NCBI GenBank assembly: GCA_963785305.1
Contig: CAWAUV010000007.1
Location: 64,001-128,000 of the forward strand
Direction: 5' to 3'
DNA: 64,000 bases
DNA from: an uncultured Planctomycetaceae bacterium
Lineage (GTDB): Bacteria; Planctomycetota; Planctomycetia; Pirellulales; PALSA-1355
The first letter of the stretch is position 1. Every line of letters starts with the position of its first letter. The translations under genes were made by a program, and so were the position numbers. The notes beneath the pieces are model-generated. The model made no database searches, was not told where the DNA came from, and saw only the letters and a program-made list of their open reading frames with translations. Shown piece after piece: positions 10,563 to 22,636 of the stretch.

Positions 10563-12968
10563 ATGGGACTTGCTTCCGCGCTCAGCACCGCGCTGACCGG
10601 GCTCGACGCCGCGCAAAGCACGATCGGCGTCTCCGGCAACAATATCTCGAACGCCAACACGATCGGGTTCAAGCAGTCGAGCGTGTCGTTCGCGAATCAG
10701 TTTTTGCAAACACAGTCGCTCGGCTCCTCGCCGTCGGCCAGCAATGGCGGCACCGATCCCTCGCAAACCGGCTTGGGTGTCGAGGTGCAGGCGACGACGC
10801 TCGATTTTTCCGCGGGCACGATCGAGAACACCTCGAATCCCAACGACCTGGCGATTCAGGGCGATGGTTTTTTTATCGTGCAAGGTGGCGATGGCCAGCA
10901 GTTTTATACCCGTGATGGCGAGTTCAAAACCAATTCCCAGAGCCAGCTTGTCGACGCCAGCGGAAATCTGGTGTTGGGGCAGGCAGTCAACAGCAGCTTC
11001 CAGATTCAGAGCTCGCAACTCTCGCCGATCACGTTGCCCTTGGGCTCCGCGGCCACGGCCCAGGCCACGACCGACGCCACGCTCGAAGGCTCGTTGCCGC
11101 CGGCCACGAGCACGACCGCCACGGCCGCCGGCTCGGTGATTGCCTCGCAGTCGCTCACCGATGGTTCGATCGCCGCGCCGACGGATATGAATTCCGGCGA
11201 TTTGACCGCGCTCTCGGCGCCCAACGTGAGCGGCGTGGGCGCCTCGCTGGGCACTTCCGGCAATCTCACCAACGGCGGCACGTATCAGTACGAGATCACC
11301 TATTCCTATACCGATTCCGAGGGCAATGTCGAGGAAACCCAGCCCTCGGCGCCGGTCAGCATCACCACCACCGGCGCCAATCAGTCGGTGAATCTCACGA
11401 ATCTGCCGCCGCCGCCCAATTCGAGCTTCACCACGATCAATGTCTATCGCACCGATGGCTCGGGCAGCGGGAATTTTTATCAGGTCGGCTCGGTCCCCAG
11501 CACTTCGACCAGCTTCAATGACACGATGAGCGACGCGACGCTCACGTCCCAGCCGCAGCTCAATTCGGATTCGCTCGCGGCCGGCAACTACAGTTACTAT
11601 GTGACCTACTACAACTCGGCGAGCGGAGTCGAAAGCCGGCCGAATTCATTGATCGGCCCGGTGACGGTTTCCGCCGCTGGCTCGGTCGACATCAGCAACA
11701 TTCCCGCGCCGCCGACCAGCTCGGGCTTCAACGAAGTGCGCATCTATCGCAACACCTCGACGAACGCCTCGACCTACTATCAGTTGGCGACCCTGCCGGC
11801 CGGCACATCGAGCTACGTCGACACCACGCCCGACGCCTCGATAACCGGCAACCCGACCATCAATCTCAATGGCCCGGCGGTCAACTCGGCCACGAAACTC
11901 GTGAATGTGCTTGAGTACGCGAACGACACCTATTCGAATCCGTTCGCGGTCGGCACGCTTTCGTTCACCGGCTCGGTGGGGACCAACACGCTTAGCTCGA
12001 AGAGTCTCGATATTACCGCCAACACCACGGTGGGCGATCTTTCGCAGTTCCTCTCCCAAGCCTTCGGCATTCAGTCCGATCCCTCGGATCCGACCGCCGG
12101 CTTCTCGATCACTTCGAGCGGTCAAATTCAACTCACCGGCAATGGCGGCACGGCCAACGCCCTGAATATCACCACCAGCAGCATGTCGGAAACCCTGACC
12201 AACGGCACGACCCAGGCCGTGAATCTGAATTTCAACACCACCCAGCAAGCGGCGGGGGAAAGCGTCTCGACCAACTTCGTGGCCTACGATTCGCTCGGAA
12301 CGGCCGTGAATGTCACCGTGACCGCCGTGCTCCAAAGCACGAGCGCCAGCGGAACCACCTATCGCTGGTATGCCACCTCGGGCGCCAATCAGCCGACCTC
12401 GGGCGTCGACACCGCCGTGGGCACCGGCACGATCACTTTCGACGGCTCCGGAAATCTGGTGGGTTCGTCGAACACCACCGTGGCGATCGATCGCGACAAC
12501 GGCGCCACCTCGCCCATGCAGTTCAATCTCGATTTCAGCCAAGTCTCCGGTTTGGCCAATTCCTCGCCCTCGCTGAATGTGTCGACTCAGAACGGCTCGG
12601 CCCCCGGTACTTTGTCGAGCTATTCGATCGGCTCCAACGGCCTGATCACGGGCACATTCTCCAACGGCGTCACCCAAACCCTGGGACAAATTCAACTTGC
12701 CAAGTTCGCCAACGACGAAGGCTTGGTCCAGGCCGGAGGCAATCTCTATTCGGCGGGCGTGAACTCGGGTTTGCCCATCGTCGGAAACCCCGGCACGCAA
12801 GGCATCGGCACGGTCACCTCGGGCGCCCTCGAAGAGTCGAACACCGATGTCGGCGCCAACCTGATCGACCTAATCACGGCGGCGACAACGTACCAAGGTG
12901 GCGCCCAAGTGATCTCGACCGTCCAAACACTTTATTCCGTGTTGATGAATCTCCGCGCCGGCACGTGA
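10563..12968 (+). CDS. flgE: Flagellar hook protein FlgE, enlarged (801 aa)
   Basis: GNNISNANTIGFK, DLAIQGDGFF, YTRDGEF, GALEESNTDV; real start MGLASALS lies inside ORF 10071..12968. Confidence 0.94.
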   Translation: MGLASALSTALTGLDAAQSTIGVSGNNISNANTIGFKQSSVSFANQFLQTQSLGSSPSASNGGTDPSQTGLGVEVQATTLDFSAGTIENTSNPNDLAIQGDGFFIVQGGDGQQFYTRDGEFKTNSQSQLVDASGNLVLGQAVNSSFQIQSSQLSPITLPLGSAATAQATTDATLEGSLPPATSTTATAAGSVIASQSLTDGSIAAPTDMNSGDLTALSAPNVSGVGASLGTSGNLTNGGTYQYEITYSYTDSEGNVEETQPSAPVSITTTGANQSVNLTNLPPPPNSSFTTINVYRTDGSGSGNFYQVGSVPSTSTSFNDTMSDATLTSQPQLNSDSLAAGNYSYYVTYYNSASGVESRPNSLIGPVTVSAAGSVDISNIPAPPTSSGFNEVRIYRNTSTNASTYYQLATLPAGTSSYVDTTPDASITGNPTINLNGPAVNSATKLVNVLEYANDTYSNPFAVGTLSFTGSVGTNTLSSKSLDITANTTVGDLSQFLSQAFGIQSDPSDPTAGFSITSSGQIQLTGNGGTANALNITTSSMSETLTNGTTQAVNLNFNTTQQAAGESVSTNFVAYDSLGTAVNVTVTAVLQSTSASGTTYRWYATSGANQPTSGVDTAVGTGTITFDGSGNLVGSSNTTVAIDRDNGATSPMQFNLDFSQVSGLANSSPSLNVSTQNGSAPGTLSSYSIGSNGLITGTFSNGVTQTLGQIQLAKFANDEGLVQAGGNLYSAGVNSGLPIVGNPGTQGIGTVTSGALEESNTDVGANLIDLITAATTYQGGAQVISTVQTLYSVLMNLRAGT

Positions 12969-13141
12969 TAGCCGCCCGAGAGATTCATCGGCCATCAGTT
13001 GTCGGTTTCTAGCCGAGGCGCCGGCAGATCGCTATAAGGCGCGCGAATTCCCGCTTGGAATGATCACGCGGTTCGTTATCATCAACTGCCGATTCTGGTG
13101 TCGCAATGGGCGACCCGATCGCGCATGTTGGGAAGCGACCG

Positions 13142-14555
13142 ATGGGACGCGATTCTTTTCCAGCCCAGGCGTCTTTGCCGCCGCGATCGCTGCCGCTAGC
13201 CGGCCGCCGAGCGACCGTGATGGGCCTCGGGCATCATGGCGGCGGTGTCGGCGCGGCGGCTTGGTTGGCCGCCGAGGGCGCGTTCGTGACCGTGACCGAC
13301 CTCGCGCCGGCCGCGGAGCTCGCCCCGGCGCTTGCGCGGCTCGAGTCGGCGAACATCGCGCGGCTATCGCCTCGGCGAACATCGCGCCGAGGATTTCGAA
13401 ACCGCCGAGTTGATCGTGGTCAACCCGGCCGTGCGCCCGGGAAATCCCTTGCTCGCGCTCGCGGCTCGCGGCGGAGCGATCATCAGCACCGAGATCGAGT
13501 TGTTGCTCGACCGCTGCCCGGCCCCGGTGGTCGGCATTACCGGATCGACCGGAAAATCGACCACTGCCACATTGCTGGCCGCCATGCTTCGCGCCGATGG
13601 GCAACGCGCGTGGCTGGGGGGAAATATCGGTGGCAGTTTGCTCGATAGCCTGCCCCGGTCCGCGGGCGACCAAGCCGCCGACTCGAGGCGTGATACGATC
13701 GCGGACGACGAGATCGTGGTTCTTGAGCTCAGCAGTTTCCAATTATCGCGCTTGGCCGATGATGCGCGCTGGCCGCGCTGGGCGATCGTGACCAACTGCG
13801 GCCCGAACCATCTGGATTGGCACGGCGATTTCGCAAGCTATGCCGCCGCCAAGCGGCGGCTCGTCGGCGGGGCGAGCGAGGCCGTGTTACTCGGCGACGA
13901 CTTGGCCGCCGTGCCCGAATGGACATCGCTCATTAATACCAAGCGTCTGATCGCCGACGCATCGCTTTTGAGCGGCGCGCGGCTGTCGCTCATGGGCGAG
14001 CACAATCGCGCCAATGCCATTGCGGCGGCGACAATGGCCCAAACACTGGGCGTTGCTCCGGAGAATATCCGGCGCACGGCCCGTGAGTTCGAAGGACTGG
14101 AGCATCGATTGCGAAGAATCGCAACTGTCGATGACCGCGAGTTTTACGACGATTCAAAGGCGACTTCGCCCGCGGCGGCGATCGCCGCGCTCGCGGCCAT
14201 CGAGCGGCCGCGGTGGTGGCTCGCCGGTGGTGATGTCAAAGGCGCCCCGCTCGACGCGCTCGCCGCGATCGCGGTGCGCGGTGCGCGCGGCGCGGCGGTG
14301 TTTGGACGCGACCGAGCGAAGTTCGCAGACGCGCTCCGCGAAGCCGACGCCGCCTTTCCGCTCCATGTGTGCGAGCAACTCGCCGAAGCGCTCGAGTGGT
14401 GTTGGCAAGCTTCATCGGCGGGCGATGCCATTGTGTTGTCGCCGGCGGCGGCGAGCCTCGATCAGTTCGCCGACTTCGCCGATCGTGGTCGGTGCTTTGC
14501 TCGGCTCGTCGCGGCGATTGGCTCGCGCCACGCGCAGCGCGATCACGCGACGTAA
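13142..14555 (+). CDS. murD: UDP-MurNAc-L-Ala:D-Glu ligase MurD (one frameshift near 13365; start uncertain)
   Basis: [64 protein letters not shown]. Confidence 0.93.
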
Positions 14556-14721
14556 GCCGCTGCTAGTCGCCGCGCGCGACGCCGCGCGGGAACAGGGCCC
14601 GCATTGCCGCGCGGCTTGGAGTCGGAAGCAATCCATCGTGGCGGGCGCACGGCAAAGCGCGATGCCGAAACAATCGCCAAGCGCCGCGACGCAATTCCTC
14701 GCGCGAAGTGATTGAAACATC

Positions 14722-14750
14722 TTGCAGCTTTCCGCGCGCTGAGCTAGATT
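14722..14750 (+). promoter_or_regulatory. Sigma70-type promoter
   Basis: TTGCAG-17 bp-TAGATT just upstream of a structured non-coding segment. Confidence 0.55.
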
Positions 14751-14756
14751 AAGAAG

Positions 14757-17039
<2,283 letters not shown>

Positions 17040-17231
17040 GAGCGGTCATCGCGCACCGCGGCCAGTGCCTCTAAACCGAAGGGACCGCCGCCGCGTGGCA
17101 CATGCCCAGGGCTGCTTGACTCGCGGGCGTTGGCGCCCACAATGACTCTAGTGGGACGTGATCGTGGTGGGGTGTTTCGTCCGCCCCGCGCGTGCCAAGC
17201 CGCCATTTTTCGCCAAGGAACAGGCCGCCCC

Positions 17232-17972
17232 ATGGGCACATTTGCCGTGATTATGCCGGCGGCCGGCAAGAGCAGCCGGTTCGCCGATCAGAATTATAAA
17301 AAAGTGTTCGCGCCGCTCGCCGGGCGCCCGGTGTGGCTGCATGCCGTCGAGCGATTCACGAGCCGCGATGATGTGAAGCAACTCATCGTGGTGATCTCGC
17401 CCGAGGATCGCGAGGACTTCAATTCCAAATTCGGCGCCAATGTCGCCATTTTGGGCATTGATGTGGTCGAGGGTGGCGAGGAGCGGTTCGACTCCGTGGC
17501 GAAGGCGCTCGCGCGGGTGAAGCCGAACATCGAATTCGTGGCCGTGCATGACTCCGCGCGGCCGTGCATCGCGGACCAATGGATCACCAGCGTCTTTTCC
17601 GCCGCCCAGCGCACCGGCGCCGCCATGCTCGCGATTCCGGTCGCCGGCACCCTCAAACGCGTGGGCCCGAACAACGCGATCACCGAGACCGTCTCGCGCG
17701 AGGGGCTCTGGGAGGCGCAAACTCCGCAGGTGTTTCGCCGCCAATTGCTGCTCGACGCGTACGCCAACCGCGATGGCTTCCACGCCACCGACGACGCCCA
17801 ACTGGTCGAGCGCCTGGGCCATCCGGTGACCGTGGTGCCCGGCTCGCCGATCAATCTGAAGATCGCCACGCGCGAGGACCTACGGCTGGCCGAATACGCG
17901 ATCAAGGCGCTGCCCCGGCCGAAGCTGATCGGTCCCGCGCATCCGTTCGCCGACGATGATCGCTGGCGATAG
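17232..17972 (+). CDS. ispD: 2-C-methyl-D-erythritol 4-phosphate cytidylyltransferase
   Basis: PAAGKSSRF, VAVHDSARP, AQTPQVF, TDDAQLVE, NLKIAT. Confidence 0.93.
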   Translation: MGTFAVIMPAAGKSSRFADQNYKKVFAPLAGRPVWLHAVERFTSRDDVKQLIVVISPEDREDFNSKFGANVAILGIDVVEGGEERFDSVAKALARVKPNIEFVAVHDSARPCIADQWITSVFSAAQRTGAAMLAIPVAGTLKRVGPNNAITETVSREGLWEAQTPQVFRRQLLLDAYANRDGFHATDDAQLVERLGHPVTVVPGSPINLKIATREDLRLAEYAIKALPRPKLIGPAHPFADDDRWR

Positions 17973-18049
17973 TTTCGCGCACCGCCGCCGCAACGCGTCG
18001 CTTCTTTCGCTTTCTCTTCCGCTTCTTTCCGCGACGGAACTGCCCCGAC

Positions 18050-19352
<1,303 letters not shown>

Positions 19353-19384
19353 CACGCCGCGTGTTCCAACAGCAAGGAGGCGCC

Positions 19385-20489
19385 ATGATTGTCGGAGTTC
19401 CCAAGGAGATCAAACGGGATGAATACCGCGTGGCGATGCTGCCCGTGGGTGTCGAGGAGTTGACGCGCCGGGCATCGGGCGCTGGTCGAGGAAAACGCTG
19501 GGCTCGGCTCGGGCATCACCGACGAAGCCTATCAGCGCGCCGGCGCCGAGCTCGTGTCTTCGGCCCAGGAGCTATTTGCCCGGAGCGACATGATCGTCAA
19601 GGTCAAGGAGCCGCTTCCGGCCGAGTGGCCCATGATGCGACCCGGCCAGATCATGTTTACCTATTTCCATTTCGCCGCCGATGAAACATTGACCAAGGCG
19701 GTGCTCGACTCCGGCGCCACCGCGATCGCCTACGAAACCCTGGCCGACGACCAGGGCCGCCTGCCGCTGCTCACGCCCATGAGCGAAGTCGCCGGGCGCA
19801 TGAGCGTGCAAGAAGGCGCCAAATATCTCGAACGCCCGCAGCAGGGACGCGGAATTTTGCTCGGTGGCGTGCCAGGGGTGGCGCCGGCGCATATCACGGT
19901 GCTGGGCGGTGGCATCGTGGGCGCCAATGCCGCGAAGGTCGCCGCCGGTTTCGGCGCCAATATTGCCTTGCTCGATATCAACATGGACCGGCTCCGCTAT
20001 CTCGACGACATCATGCCGGCCAATGTCAATGTGCTCTTCAGCGATCGCCACACGATTCGCGAGCAACTGGCACATACCGATCTCGTGATCGGCGCGGTGC
20101 TGATTCCCGGGGCCAAGGCGCCGCGATTGCTCGAGCGCGAGGATTTGCGGCTCATGAAGCCGGGCAGCGTGATCATCGACGTGGCGATCGATCAGGGCGG
20201 GTGCGTGGCCACCAGCAAGCCGACAACCCACGGCGAGCCGACCTACATCGTCGACGAAGTGCTGCACTACTGCGTGACCAACATGCCCGGCGCCGTGGGC
20301 CGAACCAGTACCTACGCGCTCTGCAATGTAACCCTGCCCTGGGCGCTGGCGATCGCCGGGCGCGGCGTCGAACGGGCAGCGCACGAAATGCGGCCAGTGG
20401 CTCGGGCGATCAACATCATGGCGGGAGAGGTGACCAACGCCGCCGTGGCCGGAGCGTTTGGCATGCCGTTTGTCTCGCGATTCGCTTGA
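19385..20489 (+). CDS. ald: Alanine dehydrogenase (frameshift near 19470)
   Basis: MIVGVPKEIK, KVKEP, PLLTPMSEVAGR, DVAIDQGGC, YCVTNMPGAV. Confidence 0.96.
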
Positions 20490-20502
20490 GGGACTATTTC
20501 AA

Positions 20503-21603
20503 ATGGATGGAAATACTCGGGAAACGCCCGAGACGCGGTCATTGACCACGCTCGACTGGATCGGCGACGCCGATGGGTATCTGGAGCTCATCGATCAAAC
20601 TCTATTGCCTGGCGAACTGAAGCAGATCGCTTGCCGGAGCGTCGAGAGCGTGTGGGAAGCCATCAAATCGCTCAGGGTGCGGGGAGCGCCGGCGATCGGC
20701 GTGGCGGCGGCCTATGGAGTGTGCGTCGGCGCGCCATCGGCGAACAATAATAATGTCGTGGACGATGCCCAGGCGGTTCGGCAGCGAGCCCATGCGGCGG
20801 CCAAGCGTCTTGCCACGAGCCGGCCCACGGCGGTGAATCTCTTTTGGGCGCTCGATCGCATGGAGCGCGCGCTCGACGCCCAGCCGGCCAGCGCCACGGG
20901 CGCGGAGCTACTCGCCGCGCTCTTGGCCGAGGCCCGCGCGATCCACGCGGAAGATCGCCGCATCTGCCGCGAGCTGGGCCGCTGGGGAATGACGTTGTTT
21001 CACGACGGCGCGGGCGTGCTCACCCACTGCAATGCCGGCGGCCTCGCCACTTCGGACTATGGCTGCGGCCTCGCGCCGGTGTTCGCCGCTCACGAAGCCG
21101 GCAAGCGGCTCAGCGTGTACGTCGACGAGACCCGCCCGCTCTTGCAAGGCGCCCGACTCACGGCCTGGGAGCTGATGCAGCGCGGCATCGAGGCGACGCT
21201 GATTTGCGACTCGATGGCGGCCCAAGTGATGCGCGAAGGTCGCGTCGACATCGTGATCACCGGGGCCGACCGGATTGCCGCCAATGGCGACTCGGCCAAC
21301 AAGATCGGCACCTATGGCCTGGCGCTGCTCGCGGCGGCCCACGATATTCCTTTCTATATTGCCGCGCCGAGCAGCACCTTCGATCTTGCGCTCCCCGGAG
21401 GCGAGGGAATTCCAATCGAGCAGCGAGCTTCGGAAGAAATCACCGAAGGCTTCGGCCGGAGGACGGCGCCCGTGGGAGTGAAGGTTTACAATCCGGCGTT
21501 CGACGTGACGCCGGCCCGGCTCATTCGGGGAATTATTTGCGAACGGGGGATCATTTCACCAGTCACGCGAGAATTGATTGCTCGCTGTCTGGACAATCAC
21601 TAG
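20503..21603 (+). CDS. mtnA: S-methyl-5-thioribose-1-phosphate isomerase
   Basis: VRGAPAIG, SRPTAVNLFWA, THCNAGGLAT, ETRPLLQGARLTAWEL, NPAFDVTP. Confidence 0.95.
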   Translation: MDGNTRETPETRSLTTLDWIGDADGYLELIDQTLLPGELKQIACRSVESVWEAIKSLRVRGAPAIGVAAAYGVCVGAPSANNNNVVDDAQAVRQRAHAAAKRLATSRPTAVNLFWALDRMERALDAQPASATGAELLAALLAEARAIHAEDRRICRELGRWGMTLFHDGAGVLTHCNAGGLATSDYGCGLAPVFAAHEAGKRLSVYVDETRPLLQGARLTAWELMQRGIEATLICDSMAAQVMREGRVDIVITGADRIAANGDSANKIGTYGLALLAAAHDIPFYIAAPSSTFDLALPGGEGIPIEQRASEEITEGFGRRTAPVGVKVYNPAFDVTPARLIRGIICERGIISPVTRELIARCLDNH

Positions 21604-21663
21604 GCGAGGAAAGAGGGCTCACGCGGACTACGCGGTGGCAGCGCGAGGTGTGAAGGAAGAGGG

Positions 21664-21827
21664 CTCACGCGGAGACGCGGAGGCGCGGAGAAGAAGGGGA
21701 ATGGGGGATTGGGGGCTGGGGGAGACGAAAAGGCGATGGCTCGCCCGGGGGCCGGGCACTCCGCGAGGGCGCTCTTCCCGCGCCGCGCGTTTCCCAACTT
21801 CCCTTCTTCTCCGCGCCTCCGCGTGAG
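21664..21827. repeat. MITE/REP-like element with 24-bp inverted repeats
   Basis: ACGCGGAGGCGCGGAGAAGAAGGG (21675-21698) is the exact reverse complement of 21801-21824; direct repeat AAGAGGGCTCACGCGGA near 21611 and 21657. Confidence 0.65.
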
Positions 21828-21997
21828 AATTCCTAGAAAGAACATCCCCTCGCCGGGCCCCCGCGAAAACTTTGATTTCCCGGCCTAATAAAATTCCTTC
21901 TCGATCGTTGTTCTTTGTGAGAGGCGTCGGCGCCGGGCAGACTTTCACTTCCGCTGCCCGGCCGATCGCCGGATGCGTTCGTTTCTGGCGGGCGAGC

Positions 21998-22521
21998 ATG
22001 CACGACAACGAAGCGGACAATCGCCGCTGGCTCTCCGAGGTCGTCGACGAATTCGAGGGCCCGCTCGTTCGCTACGCGCATCGGTTTACCGCCGATCTGG
22101 AATTGCGCGCGACGCGGCGCAAGACACGTTTCTGCGGCTTTGCCGCGAGGGGCGCGCGGCGGCCGATGGCCATTTGGCGGCGTGGTTGTTCACGGTGTGC
22201 CGGCATCGCGCCTTGGATATTCGCAAAAAGGAGATTCGCATGAGCCCGATCACTCCCGAGCAAGTCGCTTCGCGCACGAGCCGCGAGCCGGCCGAGGGCG
22301 CGGCGCTGGAAGCGGCGGACACGGCGGCCCAGCTCTCGCGCCTAATCACGGCGCTTCCGGCCAATCAGCAAGAAGTGCTGCGGCTCAAATTTCAAGAGAG
22401 CCTCGGTTATCGTGACATCGCCACGATCACGGGCCTGTCGGTGACGAATGTCGGTTATCTGTTGCACACGGCGCTCAAGACCGTGCGGCAGCGCATGGCC
22501 GAACAGGGAGAATCCGACTGA
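21998..22521 (+). CDS. ECF RNA polymerase sigma factor (frameshift near 22105)
   Basis: LVRYA..ARDAAQDTFLRL, AWLFTVCRHRALD, LPANQQEVLRLKF..YRDIATITG. Confidence 0.9.
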
Positions 22522-22636
22522 GGGTCGTCGCATGGCTCCGCGCGCCGCGGAGCTTTCTCGCTCGTGCCTTAAAAGCCAATTCAAATCTTTAATCGCGGCG
22601 TTCCCACGCAAGGGACGCGGCGGGAGGTTTTCGACG

